A DNA stretch of 64,000 nucleotides from a bacterium. Its GTDB lineage: Bacteria; UBA8248; JACPRG01; G963555815. Both the position numbers and the translations under genes were made by a program. The notes below the pieces were generated by a model that was not told the DNA's origin, made no database searches, and saw only the letters and a program-made list of their open reading frames with translations. The stretch lies in the NCBI GenBank assembly GCA_963555815.3, contig CAUVWX020000001.1, positions 1-64,000 of the forward strand. Reading direction: 5' to 3'. Of the stretch, positions 44,257 through 55,228 are shown piece by piece. Within the stretch, counting starts at the first letter, position 1; the number at the start of each line of letters is the position of its first letter.

Positions 44257-45171
44257 ATGGCCTCAGCGACGATCCTCATCGGCACTTCTGGCTGGTCTTA
44301 TCCCAAAGGCCCCGGCAAGTGGAGAGGAGTTTTTTATCCCAAGGGGGTCCGAGACGAGCTCGATTACTACGCACGCCACTTCAAGACTGTTGAGGTCAAT
44401 TCGACCTTCTACCGTCCTGCGTCACCTCAAACGGCAAAAGGCTGGGCCGAGAGAACACCCCAGGGGTTCCTCTTCGCCGTCAAGGCCTGGCAGAAATTCA
44501 CCCACCCTAAGATGTTCAAGGAGGCGACCGGGAGGGAGGCAGAGATCAGGCGAGGAGATCTTGATCTCTTCAAGCGGGGGATTGACCCGCTGATGGAGGC
44601 GGGAAAGCTCGGCGCCCTGCTTCTGCAATTTCCCCCCTTATTCATCTCCACGGCCGAGGCCCGGGAGGGACTCCGGCGCACCCTGGACTGGTTCAAGGAA
44701 TATCCTGTGGCAGTGGAGCTTCGCCACCGGAGCTGGGGGGAGGCGGCGAACCTCGAAGAGATTCTGGTCTCGAGGGGAGCAATCTGGGCCTTCATCGACG
44801 AGCCTAAATTCAGCAGCTCCATTCGACAGACCCTAAAACCCATCGGCGATCTTCTATACCTTCGCTTCCACGGTCGGAACCGTGAGAAGTGGTGGAAGCA
44901 CGAGACGCCGGAAGAGAGATATGATTATTGTTACTCGGAAGAAGAGCTTTTGCCTTTTGCAGAGGATCTAAAAACCATTCTCGCACGCCCCGACGGGCCA
45001 GAGAAGATTCTGATATTTTTCAACAACCACGCGAGGGCTCAGGCGGTCGCAAACGCCCTCATGCTGAAACACCAGCTCGGCCTGCCTTTGGAGGAAGGCC
45101 TGGAGGAGATTTTTGTCAACGCCTTCCCAAACCTCAGGGGCTTTTTGCCGAAGACAACCCTCTTCGGATAA
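44257..45171 (+). CDS. DUF72 (YecE-like) TIM-barrel protein
   Basis: IGTSGWSY; VEVNSTFY; LLQFPP; AVELRH; YLRFHGRN; FFNNH. Confidence 0.9.
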   Translation: MASATILIGTSGWSYPKGPGKWRGVFYPKGVRDELDYYARHFKTVEVNSTFYRPASPQTAKGWAERTPQGFLFAVKAWQKFTHPKMFKEATGREAEIRRGDLDLFKRGIDPLMEAGKLGALLLQFPPLFISTAEAREGLRRTLDWFKEYPVAVELRHRSWGEAANLEEILVSRGAIWAFIDEPKFSSSIRQTLKPIGDLLYLRFHGRNREKWWKHETPEERYDYCYSEEELLPFAEDLKTILARPDGPEKILIFFNNHARAQAVANALMLKHQLGLPLEEGLEEIFVNAFPNLRGFLPKTTLFG

Positions 45172-45200
45172 ACAGATCTTTTTTGGCTTGAGATGAAAAA

Positions 45201-45588
45201 GGGGCTGAAGCGGGGTCGATAAGCCGGGTTCTGTACCCCGTTAAAAACGGGGCCGCGGCCATCCCTCTGGGAGTCCGGTTGCCCGGACCCTCTAGCGGCC
45301 TACCCGGGGACATCGGGCGAGCCACCCTCAAACGTCCCCCTATTTGGCCTTGCTCCGGGTGGGGTTTGCCGAGCCGGCCGGTCTCCCGCGCCGCTGGTGA
45401 GCTCTTACCTCACCTTTTCACCCTTACCGGGTCCCGGATTCCCGGGACCTTAGGCGGTGTACTTTCTGTTGCACTTTCCCTGGGGTCGCCCCCGGTGGGC
45501 GTTACCCACCACCCTGCTCTTCGGAGCCCGGACTTTCCTCCCCAGGACCTTCCGGTCTTGAGGCGGCCACGTGACCCCCTTCAGCCCC
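45201..45588 (-). ncRNA. rnpB: RNase P RNA (class A)
   Basis: GAGGAAAGTCCGGGC near the 5' end, AGTGCAACAGAAAG, and ACAGAACCCGGCTTAT near the 3' end; termini GGGGCTGAAG / CTTCAGCCCC pair (P1), followed by a T run. Confidence 0.95.
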
Positions 45589-45657
45589 TGTCTGTTCGTA
45601 AAAAACCCGCCGTTGCGAAGGGAACACCCCTGAATGTAATCCCTTCTCCGTCAGGTC

Positions 45658-45750
45658 TCAAGGGATCTTGCGTGAGCGCTCACTTGTCAAAGACAGAGCT
45701 TCTTCGATGGCCTGGTTGGCAAGGCGGTCGGCCCAGGCGTTTTCGTCTGC
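45658..45750 (-). pseudogene. rnhA: C-terminal remnant of RNase HI
   Basis: Startless host-GC frame ADENAWADRLANQAIEEALSLTSERSRKIP* matches the N..AD.LA..A terminal helix of RNase HI; expected position between zinc-ribbon gene and rnpB. Confidence 0.65.
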
Positions 45751-45758
45751 ATATTAAT

Positions 45759-46694
45759 TTAATGTCTGCGCTTTACAGGTCGAATCTCCCAATGTTCGCT
45801 TAGCACTTTCTTGGTGGTCCGAAAATGCAACTTCGCTACCTTCTTCAACTTATCATCCCCATATTTCTCAACGAATTTTCTCGCAGATATTTCTACCTTC
45901 TCTGATGCTCCCTTCGGCAAGGTCATGTCATACTTCTTTCCCAAACATTTGAGCCGACTCAAGAACTCACTGCGGGCCAAGATCGACGCTGCTGCAACTG
46001 CTACATCCGATTCTGCTTTAGGCTCCTGATATAACTCAATCTTTTTCCCTTTCTCCATGAGCGCTTTTTTAACAAAACTCTTGTCACCAAACTGATCCGT
46101 GAACGCATAGTTACAAGGTACTTTCTCCAAGATATTTTCGATGACCCTAGCATGGCCCCATGCCAAAAGTTTATTAACATTCCTTATATTTTTATACAGG
46201 TCGTTATACCTTTCTGGTCCGATCGCCACGATGTTCCAGGAAACTTGGCCTTTCAGGAAACCCGAGAGCTTATCGATCTCCGTATCAGATACGCTCTTGC
46301 TATCTTTAACCCCAACCGACGATAATAAGTCTACGTCATTCCTGTCCATTTTCACCCCGGCGACGACCAATGGGCCAAAATAGTCACCTTTTCCAGATTC
46401 GTCGGTCCCGATCCACGTCGTCCAGTGCGATCTGTCCCAGTCGAGTTTCTGCTGCCCACCCCTTTTAAACGGATACTCAATACCCAGAATATCCCTTAAA
46501 AATTCCTCAATGTTAGGTCCCTGAATAACAATCTTTCCTTTTTTATAAAAAATGACTGTAACATTCTCCAAACGTGCCGCATAAATCGCATGGTCCTTCT
46601 CAAAAAAATTAAACTCTTTCAATGCAAGCAGATTCTTTATCTCCTTGCCTCGCTCTTTTGTAATAACCTCGGTGTATGTTTCAAATTGACTCAC
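45759..46694 (-). CDS. rnhC: ribonuclease HIII
   Basis: N-terminal TBP-like TVIFYKKGKIVIQG; IGTDESGKGDYFGPLVV; GVKDSK; DQF; KAE..VAVAAASILAR; LPKGA; VAKLHF. Confidence 0.92.
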   Translation of the reverse strand: MSQFETYTEVITKERGKEIKNLLALKEFNFFEKDHAIYAARLENVTVIFYKKGKIVIQGPNIEEFLRDILGIEYPFKRGGQQKLDWDRSHWTTWIGTDESGKGDYFGPLVVAGVKMDRNDVDLLSSVGVKDSKSVSDTEIDKLSGFLKGQVSWNIVAIGPERYNDLYKNIRNVNKLLAWGHARVIENILEKVPCNYAFTDQFGDKSFVKKALMEKGKKIELYQEPKAESDVAVAAASILARSEFLSRLKCLGKKYDMTLPKGASEKVEISARKFVEKYGDDKLKKVAKLHFRTTKKVLSEHWEIRPVKRRH

Positions 46695-46711
46695 AGCGTA
46701 ATAGCTCCTAA

Positions 46712-47770
46712 TTACGGCGCATGAAAATACTCACACGACTCACGTATCTCCGTGGCGATTCGCCCTATGCGATCTCTCGCAGCAGTCATGTCTGTGACCT
46801 CATGTGCCCCCTTCATGTCCGAATGCTGGTAAAAGTGTCGGCAAAATGGAACTTGTGCCTTTAAACGGCTCAAGTAAGCTTTGTGATCCTTACCTTGCGC
46901 GTAGAAACTCTTGAGGTCTTTTCCCCAAACTCCGCCAAAGTTCCACCCCTGACTCTCAACTTCTGCTTGTGTCGTCAATCTTAGAGAAATGAGGAGCCTG
47001 GTTAGATAGCCCTCAAAGCACTTTGCTAGTGGCATAACTACGTAAGAATACTCTGGCAAAACCAAAGGGACATCTAAAAGTGCAAAAGCCGTCTCGGCGA
47101 GCTTTTGATCATATTCCGAGAGAAAAGTGTATGCCCTTCCTAGAGAGGTTTCACACCTTTCTCTAGCCTGCTGCCAAAGTTCTGGTGTCAACAGTTTCGC
47201 GATCGTGTCAACGCTTTCAGGATCGTGCGATACAAACCGGGCTGCGATATATGAGGCGTTCTGTTGGCCCAGATTTTCGACTTTCGAGCATACTTCATGA
47301 AATAGGGGCTCACTAATACCCTGCACCAACACCGTCCCATTTTGGTAGTACGTCAGCGTAACTGTCGCAGGGCCGTCCGAAATGCGGAAGCGATATTTCA
47401 CAAACTTCGAATCCTCCTCCAAACTTGTCGAGCGGGGGTCCGAATTAAATGCGGTATGGACTGACGTTCGGAGGCCATCGTCGAGAATCTTATAGACATG
47501 GCAAGATGCCTTTCCCATCTCTGAGGTTCGGGCTGCAACCGATGCCCCAATGTGAGACTTCAATTCTTCAGCGAAAGGAGAGTCGTTCGGTTGAAGTTGG
47601 ATACGACTGTTTCGGTGAATAGTAACTGTCACGGTATCTGTTAGATTGCTAACCTGGAGTTTGACATCTCCGTTAGATAGGTCCTCTCGTTTAATCTGAT
47701 ACCCCTGGGGTCCGAACACTTCCTCAGTAAGCAGCCCAACTATCGTTTCAACTGGCAGGCGAAAAATCAT
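46712..47770 (-). CDS. RnlA / RNase LS-like HEPN endoribonuclease toxin
   Basis: 352 aa; two TBP-like repeats (VTVTIHRNSRIQLQ, VTLTYYQNGTVLVQG); C-terminal LPEYSYVVMPLAKCFEGYL helix and Rx4H motif RHFYQH, the architecture of RnlA. Confidence 0.75.
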   Translation of the reverse strand: MIFRLPVETIVGLLTEEVFGPQGYQIKREDLSNGDVKLQVSNLTDTVTVTIHRNSRIQLQPNDSPFAEELKSHIGASVAARTSEMGKASCHVYKILDDGLRTSVHTAFNSDPRSTSLEEDSKFVKYRFRISDGPATVTLTYYQNGTVLVQGISEPLFHEVCSKVENLGQQNASYIAARFVSHDPESVDTIAKLLTPELWQQARERCETSLGRAYTFLSEYDQKLAETAFALLDVPLVLPEYSYVVMPLAKCFEGYLTRLLISLRLTTQAEVESQGWNFGGVWGKDLKSFYAQGKDHKAYLSRLKAQVPFCRHFYQHSDMKGAHEVTDMTAARDRIGRIATEIRESCEYFHAP

Positions 47771-47826
47771 CTATCTGATTTCACTAACCGAATTGTGTTT
47801 CGAGGAAGGATTGAAACGGAGATTTC

Positions 47827-48591
47827 TCACGCCTTCGTGTGTTCCGCCGGGCGGGCGGACTCCACGGCTTTGGGGGTCTCCTCCGGCTCGTAGAGAAAGC
47901 GGTTACAGTAAGGACAGGAGTGGATCTCCTCCCCATGGCGGACCTCATAGGCGAGCTGCGGGGGGAGGCTTCGGTGACACGCGGAGCAGGTCTCTCCATC
48001 CAAGGAGACGACAGCTCTGCCTGTCCGTCCCTTTCGCACCCTTTCATATTCCTCGAGCCATGCAGGGTCGACATCGATGAGAAGCCGCTTTCGGTCTCCC
48101 TGGAGCCAGCTGAGGCGCTCCTGGATCCGCCCGAGCTCTTCCTCCTTGGCTTTCACCTCTGTGGCGCAGTGGACCCCTTTTTTCGCCACCTCGGCCTTCT
48201 TCTCCTTAAGCTCTTCCCCCAAGGTCTCGGCGCGCTCCATCAACTCCAGCACAGAGGTCTCGAGCTTATCGATCCGGCGTCCTTGGCCCTCGATCTCATG
48301 AAGGAGGGCGGTGTACTCCTTGTTCGTCTTCACTTCAAGCTGTCTTCCCCGGCTCTTCACAAGGCGCTCGTGCTCCGCCTCTGACTCGGTCTCCTGAAGA
48401 GCGCGCTTTTTCTCCGCCTCCCTGCGGTTGGTTTCCAGGGCCGACTCCTCGGCCTCGGCCTCCTTCACTGAAGCCCGAAGAACCTCAATGGCCTCGGGGA
48501 TCTCCTGACAGGAGATCTCCTGGGCTGCGACCTCTTCGTCAAGGTCGCAAAGGGTTCTCAAGAGGCGGATCTGAAAGTTCTTTGTCCCCAT
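47827..48591 (-). CDS. coiled-coil protein with C4 zinc ribbon (DUF164 family)
   Basis: VKTNKEYTALLHEI; CSACH...CPYCNRFLY. Confidence 0.9.
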   Translation of the reverse strand: MGTKNFQIRLLRTLCDLDEEVAAQEISCQEIPEAIEVLRASVKEAEAEESALETNRREAEKKRALQETESEAEHERLVKSRGRQLEVKTNKEYTALLHEIEGQGRRIDKLETSVLELMERAETLGEELKEKKAEVAKKGVHCATEVKAKEEELGRIQERLSWLQGDRKRLLIDVDPAWLEEYERVRKGRTGRAVVSLDGETCSACHRSLPPQLAYEVRHGEEIHSCPYCNRFLYEPEETPKAVESARPAEHTKA

Positions 48592-48608
48592 CAGATCTTA
48601 AAAGTGGG

Positions 48609-48681
48609 TGGGCCCACCTGGTCTCGAACCAGGGACCAACCGGTTATGAGCCGGTGGCTCTTCCAACTGAGCTATGGGCCC
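48609..48681 (-). tRNA. tRNA with CAT anticodon, probably tRNA-Ile2 (lysidine)
   Basis: GGGCCCATAGCTCAG...CCGGCTCATAACCGG...GGTTCGAGACC...TGGGCCCA; no initiator features; 3' end reads ACCCA. Confidence 0.88.
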
Positions 48682-48734
48682 ACCGAGCTCCTCTGCGCCG
48701 TCGAGGAGGGTTCCCCCCCCCCACAACCAACGCT

Positions 48735-50480
48735 CTAGTCGTCCACAAAGCTCTTCAACCGCTTGCTGCGGCTGGGATGGCGAAGCTTTCTCAGAGCCTT
48801 CGCCTCTATCTGGCGGATCCGCTCCCGGGTCACGGAAAAGTCCTGCCCCACCTGCTCCAGGGTGTGCTCGCTATCCATCCCGATGCCAAAACGCTTCCTG
48901 AGGACCTTCTCCTCCCGGGGGGTCAGGGTCTGAAGAACCCGTAGGGTTTGATCCTTAAGGTCCAACTTGATGATGGCGTCCTGGGGGGCGGTGACCGTTT
49001 TGTCCTCGATGAAATCTCCGAGGTGGCTATCCTCCTCCTCCCCGATGGGGGTCTCAAGGGAGATGGGTTCCCTGGCGATTTTCAGTACCCTTCGGACCTT
49101 CTCTACGGAGAGCTCCATTCTCTCGGCAATCTCCTCCGGGGTGGGCTCCCGGCCGATCTCCTGGACCAGGCAGCGGGAGGTCCGGATGAGCTTGTTGATG
49201 GTCTCGATCATATGAACGGGGATTCGGATGGTCCGCGCTTGGTCAGCAATGGCTCGGGTGATGGCTTGTCGGATCCACCAGGTGGCGTAGGTGCTGAACT
49301 TGTAGCCCCGTCTATACTCGAACTTCTCAACGGCCTTCATGAGGCCGATGTTCCCCTCCTGAATAAGGTCGAGGAAGTGCAGACCTCGGTTGAGGTACTT
49401 CTTGGCGATGCTGACGACGAGGCGCAGGTTCGCCTCATCCAGCTCCTTCTTGGCTTGCTTGTTCTTGGTGTGTCCCCGCTCAATCACCCCCAGGGCCTGA
49501 ACCAGGTCTCTCCTGGAGGTCTCGGCTTCCTGCTCGACCTTCTTGATCTGGCGCTTCACGGCCCGGATGCGCCGATCAAAATCCGAGAGAACCGACAAGC
49601 GATACCGACCCTTTCGCTGCCTGCCGTTCTTTTGAAAGTCCCGGATCATGGCCCGAAACTCAGGCTCATCGAGGTCTAACTCTGCCAAGAAGACGTAAAT
49701 CTCCTTTTCATGATCACGGATTTGTTTCACTAGGCTTCGGATCCGTTCGACGATTCGATCGATCTGTCGGCCCGTCAAGTTGATTTCTTGGATGAACTTC
49801 ACAATCCGGGCTCGTTGGCGCTCGGCCCCCTGCGAATGGCCATTCTTTCCAGCGCTGACCCGACGGAACCTCCCGTAGGTGTCCCTGATCTTTGAGATCA
49901 GGGTTAGGACCCGCTGGATTTCTTTCTCTTCTTCCGCGCCGCCCTTCTCATCACCATCGCTATGGCTGGAGATGTCGTAGACCCGAATCTCACGGCGCTT
50001 CAGGAGCGCCCCGAGGCGGATCACCTCCCGCATGGCCACCGGCGTCTGGATGGTCCCATGAAAGACCTCAAGCTGCCCTTCCTCGATCCGCTTGGCAAGT
50101 TTCACCTCCCCTTCCCGGCTGAGGAGAGGAATGGAGCCCATTTCCCGCAGATACATCCGAACCGGGTCATCCGTCTTTCCCAGGTTCGATTCATCCACGG
50201 CCAGCCCCGTGTCGGCTTGCCCCTTCTCAGGCTCCCCGTGTGGAAGACTCGCTTCCTGTTGAGTCTCTTGCTCTTTGTCAATGACATCGATGTCCATCTC
50301 CCCAAAGACCATCATGATGTCATCGATCTGCTCGGGGGAGATGACCTCCGGGGGAAGGATGTCGTTGACCTCTTCGTAGGTCAGGTAGCCCCTTTCCTTC
50401 CCCATGGAGACAAGCTGTTTAATTTCACTCATCCGTTCTTGATTCGACATCTTGGCGCCTTCCTCCCTCTCAGGTGCCAC
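48735..50480 (-). CDS. rpoD: primary sigma factor sigma70
   Basis: Region 1.1 [57 protein letters not shown]. Confidence 0.98.
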   Translation of the reverse strand: MAPEREEGAKMSNQERMSEIKQLVSMGKERGYLTYEEVNDILPPEVISPEQIDDIMMVFGEMDIDVIDKEQETQQEASLPHGEPEKGQADTGLAVDESNLGKTDDPVRMYLREMGSIPLLSREGEVKLAKRIEEGQLEVFHGTIQTPVAMREVIRLGALLKRREIRVYDISSHSDGDEKGGAEEEKEIQRVLTLISKIRDTYGRFRRVSAGKNGHSQGAERQRARIVKFIQEINLTGRQIDRIVERIRSLVKQIRDHEKEIYVFLAELDLDEPEFRAMIRDFQKNGRQRKGRYRLSVLSDFDRRIRAVKRQIKKVEQEAETSRRDLVQALGVIERGHTKNKQAKKELDEANLRLVVSIAKKYLNRGLHFLDLIQEGNIGLMKAVEKFEYRRGYKFSTYATWWIRQAITRAIADQARTIRIPVHMIETINKLIRTSRCLVQEIGREPTPEEIAERMELSVEKVRRVLKIAREPISLETPIGEEEDSHLGDFIEDKTVTAPQDAIIKLDLKDQTLRVLQTLTPREEKVLRKRFGIGMDSEHTLEQVGQDFSVTRERIRQIEAKALRKLRHPSRSKRLKSFVDD

Positions 50481-50497
50481 GGTGTCTACACTATCCC

Positions 50498-52423
50498 CTA
50501 TAGTCTCAAACTGCCTGGGAGACCTGCCCCATCTGGGGCTCGTTTCGCCAGGTGTGAAGCAAGCGGTTTTTTCTCCTCTAAAAGGGCGAGAACCTCTGCC
50601 TGGGCCCCGCGGTTCTGGGCCTCAAGGATCTTCGCCTGAAGGAGGCGGGATTCCTCCCGCCAATAGTCTCGGCGGACACGGGCGATACAATCGTCCGCCG
50701 CCTGCAGGGCGTTTTCCCAGCTCCCTTCCTGCACCGAGAGGGAACTCACCCAGGTCTGTGAGGCCGGATCCTCAAGGGCCGTCAGCACGGTCGCCACATT
50801 GGGCGCACCGCCAGAGGCCAAATGTCCCAGGACGGCCTCGGCCACTTTCCTAAGGGCTTGATCCCGAAAGGCCGACAGGGGAATCTTCTCTCGGAGGGAC
50901 GCAATCTCCGTCGGCCGAGAGAGCAAAAGATGCACCAGCTCTCGCTCGGCGGGCGGGCTCTCCTCATTTCGAGTCACCACCTCCACGGTGGCCCGAACGG
51001 CCTCTCGGCGCCCCTTTTGTGGCGAAAGGGCGCTGGCGGCCAAGTCAGGGTCGATCCGAAGGCGCTCGCTAAGGAGCCGCAAGTACTCTCGCCGAAGGGC
51101 GGGCCGCTGTCTTGCCAGGATGGGTCCCATCCCCCGCAGGGCAGCGAGGCGCTCCTCGATCGAGGCCGTCGGAGGACAAGATGCTACGCATCGGTCCACG
51201 AGAAAATCGAGGAGGTTTCTTGCCTGGGATATCAAGGTTCGAACGGCCCCTTCCCCCTCGGTTCGAATCAGGGCATCCACGTCCTTTCCCGCAGGAAGCG
51301 TTGCGACCCGAAGCTGAATGCGGCCCCAACCCCCTCGAGCCAGCCAGGCCGCCAGTTGTCCTCCAGCCTTCCAGCCTTCAGGGGAAGCCGTCTGTTGGTA
51401 TTCCTCCAGGACCACCGATCCACCCCGGCGGGCCGCCGTCTCCCCCGCCTCATCCGGGTCAAAGCAAAAGATGAGGGTATCGACGTGGCCCCCCGGCCGA
51501 AGGGCCTTCACCTGCTCCGCTGTCAGGGCTGTCCCCAGGGTGGCCACGACATCTTGGACGCCGTGCTGATGGAGTGCGATAGCGTCGAAATAACCCTCCA
51601 CCACAATGGCTGTGCGGCTCTCGCCGATGGCCTTTTTGGCCTGATAGAGGCCGTAGAGATTTCTCCCCTTCTTAAAAGCCGCTGTTTCCACTGAATTTAA
51701 GTATTTAGGCGCCCGCTCCTCTTCTTTCAAGAGTCTTCCGCCAAAACCAATCACCCGGCCTTCCGCATCCTGAATGGGGAAGATGACACGGTCCCGGAAG
51801 GCATCGTAGTACCCCTCTCCCCCCCCCCGGGGCTTCACCAGGCCTGCGGCCAGGACCCGTTCAAGGGGGATGCCCCGCCCCAAAAGGTATTCGAGGAGAG
51901 CGCGCCACCCCCGAGGGGCATAGCCAATAGAGAAGGTCTCAAGGGTGGCCGCGTCGAGACCCCGTCCCCGGAGATATTCCCTCGCCTCCCGGCCTTCCGC
52001 CGAGCCAAGGCGTTCGCGGAAGAATTTCATGGCCTCCGTGTTGATCCGCAGGAGCTCTCGGACGCCCTCCTTGTCTGGCGGGGGTGAGGTCCGCCTTGAG
52101 TCCCGCCTCGGCAGAGAGACCCCCGCCTTTTGCGCAAGGACCGCCACAGCCTCCGGGAAGGAAAGGTTCTGAAGGAGCATCAGGAATTTAAAGGCATCTC
52201 CCCCCTTCCCACACCCAAAGCAGTGGAAGATCTGCTTGGCCGGGGTCACGACGAAGGAGGGTGTCTTCTCGGCGTGAAAGGGGCAGAGGGCCTTGTAACT
52301 CGTGCCCGCCTTCTTAAGTGGCACGTACTCTGAGATCAGGGAGACGACATCCACCCCATCTCTAACGCGCTCCAGAATTTCATCTGAATAAAGGGCCAAA
52401 GAATGCTCTCTCCCCTTGGGCAC
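50498..52423 (-). CDS. dnaG: DNA primase
   Basis: CPFH.EKTPSF...[30 protein letters not shown]. Confidence 0.97.
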   Translation of the reverse strand: MPKGREHSLALYSDEILERVRDGVDVVSLISEYVPLKKAGTSYKALCPFHAEKTPSFVVTPAKQIFHCFGCGKGGDAFKFLMLLQNLSFPEAVAVLAQKAGVSLPRRDSRRTSPPPDKEGVRELLRINTEAMKFFRERLGSAEGREAREYLRGRGLDAATLETFSIGYAPRGWRALLEYLLGRGIPLERVLAAGLVKPRGGGEGYYDAFRDRVIFPIQDAEGRVIGFGGRLLKEEERAPKYLNSVETAAFKKGRNLYGLYQAKKAIGESRTAIVVEGYFDAIALHQHGVQDVVATLGTALTAEQVKALRPGGHVDTLIFCFDPDEAGETAARRGGSVVLEEYQQTASPEGWKAGGQLAAWLARGGWGRIQLRVATLPAGKDVDALIRTEGEGAVRTLISQARNLLDFLVDRCVASCPPTASIEERLAALRGMGPILARQRPALRREYLRLLSERLRIDPDLAASALSPQKGRREAVRATVEVVTRNEESPPAERELVHLLLSRPTEIASLREKIPLSAFRDQALRKVAEAVLGHLASGGAPNVATVLTALEDPASQTWVSSLSVQEGSWENALQAADDCIARVRRDYWREESRLLQAKILEAQNRGAQAEVLALLEEKKPLASHLAKRAPDGAGLPGSLRL

Positions 52424-52445
52424 GCCGGAAAAGTTAAACGTTTAC

Positions 52446-54805
52446 CTACACCATCTCGACAACGGTCACCCCGGCTCCCCCCGACTCCCGGCCCGCAGTA
52501 TAAAAGGTCTTGACCAGGGGATGTCCCTGAAGGACGTCCGAGATCGCCGCCTTGAGGGTGCCCGTTCCCTTCCCGTGAACGATCCGGATGAAGGGCATGC
52601 CCGAGAGGGCCGCCTCGTCGAGATACTTATCGACATGCGTTAAGGCCTCGTCCACCCGCTCGCCACGGACATGAAGCTCCAATGCGGGGGACTCTCGGCC
52701 TGGCCCAGACCACCCCAGGCCCTGATCTTCGGCCGACTGTCGGCCCGTCCCTTGCGAGGGCCCCTCGAGGGCGGTCAGCCCCTTCTCATGGGCCCAGATG
52801 CGCTTTCCACCCATCTCGATGCACCATTCGCCCTTCGGGTTCGGGCCCTCCAGCACCTTGCCTTGCAACCCCGTCCCCACCTAAGACCACGCGTCCCCCG
52901 ACCCGAATGGGGCCTGAGACCTGTCGCTCACTCTCGGGGATCGCGGCCAGGGCCTCCTCCCCCACTCTCTCCAGGGACCACACCATCTCTCGGGCCTCTC
53001 CCGCTGGAAGGGTTTCCTCCCCTCGTTCGGCCCGACGAGAATAACGGTCGAGCACCCGGAGGTGCTGTCTCGCTTCCCGCATGAATTCCTCGGTCCGCCT
53101 GGAAAACTTTTGGCGCCTCTCGACCAGGTGCTTCGTCTCTTGCGTGAGGGCCTCGCGATCCCGCCCCAGGACCTCCCGGGCCTGTGCAAGCTCCTCCTTC
53201 TCCCGTTGAAGGTCAGTGAGCTTTGCCTCAAGCCGCTGGATCAAGGGCCGAGAACCATCTCCAGACCCCTCCTCCAGGACACGGGCCCGCCCGGTCACCC
53301 GAGATGGCATTCCTAGACGCTCGGCGACGGTGATGGCGTTGCTCGTCCCGGCAACACCCGCAAGGAGGCGATAGGTGGGGCGCAGGGTCTTCTCGTCGAA
53401 TTCAACGGAGGCATTAACGGCGCCTTGGGCTTCATAACCATAGGCCTTGATGGCGTCGTGGTGTGTTGTGACGATGACGTGAACCCCTTTCTCGGCCAGG
53501 GTCTCCAGGACCGCGACCCCCAGGGCAGCCCCCTCAGTGGGGTCCGTTCCCGCCCCCAACTCATCAATGAGGACGAGGGATCGACGGGTGGAGCCCTGAA
53601 GAATCTCCACCTGGTTCTGGAGATGGGCAGAGAAAGTGCTGAGACTCTGTGCGATGCTCTGTTCGTCTCCGATGTCGGCGAAGATCTGATCGAAGAGGGG
53701 AAGGCGACTTCCCTCGAAGGCCGGGATGGGAAAGCCCGACTGGGCCATCAGAGAGAGGAGCCCAAGGGTTTTAAGGGCAATGGTCTTTCCGCCCGTGTTG
53801 GCCCCGGTGATGACGAGCTGTCGCTCATCCTGCCCAAGCTTTAGGCTGAGGGGAACAGTGCCCGTCTGTCCCTTCTGTCTTTCGAGGATAGGATGGCGGG
53901 CGTTCAGGAGACAGAGCCCCCCGTCCTCCTCCAAGAAAGGCTCAGAACAGTCGAAGTCCTCGCTGAAAAGGGCAACCGCCCTCACGGCGTCCAGCCCGGC
54001 CAGCCACCCGACGAGGGCCGCCAAGCGCTCCTTTTCCGAAAAGACCTTCGCCGTCAGGCGGGCAAGGATCCGATAGACCTCCGCCACTTCTGCCGCTCGG
54101 AGCTCGGCCAGGCGGTCATTTCGGCCCTGGATGAGGGTCGGCTCCACGTAGAGGGTGGCGCCGCTCGCCGACTGATCCAGGATGACCCCCTGTAAGACTT
54201 TTTTTAAATCCCTGGCGGACAGGCACGACATAGCGGTCCCGGCGGATAAGGACAAGTGGCTCCTGAAGGAAAGAGGCCCAGTCCCCCATGCGCCCTTCCA
54301 GGGTCTTTCTGATCTCCACCTTGAGGGTCCGGATCTCGAGTCGAACCCGCGCGAGCTCCGGGCTGGCCCTGTCGGCCACCTCGGCATCGGGGCCAATCGC
54401 CTCTTTAATCTCAGCCCGCAATCGAGGGAAGCCTCTCAGGTCTGGAGCTTCGCCCGAAAGAGTGGGGCAAAGATTCTTCCTTTCAACCAGGTGTCGTCGT
54501 GCCGCCTCGCCTCCCTCGATGACCTCCGAAACCTCCAAGCACTCCTTTGGCTCAAGGGGTTCGCCCCCTTCCTTCAGCCGAGGAAGCCAGATTCGAAGGT
54601 CGCAGAATGGCGCCAGGGGAAAGGGGCTTTCTTGGAGGACGCGCCGCATCTCTCCAACGCGGCAAAGCCGCCCCTTGACCGTTGCCTCAACCGGGGAGGG
54701 GTTCAATGTCTCAAGCTCAAGGCGACCCGCCTCAGAACATACATAACCGTAGAGAATCTCTTTGAGGGAATGAAGTTCGAGGGCTTCTTCGGCGCGAGGG
54801 CTCAT
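52446..54805 (-). CDS. mutS2: MutS2 with C-terminal Smr domain, split over three frames by two apparent +1 frameshifts (about 54200 and 52881)
   Basis: DRASPELARVR; SASGATLYVEP; ITGANTGGKT; DIGDEQSIAQSLSTFS; DELGAGTDP; IVHGKGTG.L; GGAGVTVV. Confidence 0.92.
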
Positions 54806-54888
54806 GAGGGGATCAGCCCCCGACGACAGAGGAGGGTCCAGGCAAGCCGCAGGATGATGCCGCGGAAGCGGCTGCATCTCAGCTCCCG

Positions 54889-55052
54889 ATGTCCTTACAG
54901 CCGACTGTTTTTCGCAGCGAACTCAAAGCTGAGAACAATCTCCCTTTGGACCGCACTCTTCCACACAGAGAAGGGGTTAGGTTATCGGGAAGTTCCTTCT
55001 GGCTTTGGCTGCGAACTATAGAGGGCGTCAGGGCGACGAAAAACGAGGACAT
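54889..55052. ncRNA. putative structured RNA (long interrupted hairpin), family unassigned
   Basis: Nested complementary blocks ATGTCCT/AGGACAT, GTTTTTCG/CGAAAAAC, TCGCAGC/GCTGCGA, CAAAGC/GCTTTG, GAAC/GTTC, TCCC/GGGA. Confidence 0.35.
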
Positions 55053-55228
55053 GGCCCTATCACGCCTTCCCAACCTCGGATCAGATATGACCTAGAAGTC
55101 CGGATGGACGAATAGAAAATTTCCCTGCTGTGAAACTCTGAAGTAAGGAGAAAAGGAACTGAAAGGTCAGGTGAATGTCGCGCCCCCCCCCCCATCCTTC
55201 TTTTGTCCTGGTTCCTGACTTTAGACGA

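Larger units (their letters stand above)
45751..47799 (-). other. AT-rich two-gene islet (RnlA-like + RNase HIII), probably horizontally acquired
   Basis: Sharp shift to A/T-rich codons at both ends relative to the flanks; no integrase, transposase or clear terminal repeat seen. Confidence 0.75.

Noticed and set aside
45672..45683. Palindrome GTGAGCGCTCAC matching the symmetric lac operator core
   Set aside because: Lacks the AATT flanks, lies in the RNase HI remnant frame, and there is no vector context; probably chance.
45740..47802. CGAAA at both islet ends as a target-site duplication
   Set aside because: Only 5 bp, and rejoining at it does not restore the RNase HI frame.
54879..55095. 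Small ORFs 54879-55073 (-) and 54889-55095 (+) as genes such as rpsU
   Set aside because: No similarity to S21 or other families I recognise, and no convincing RBS.
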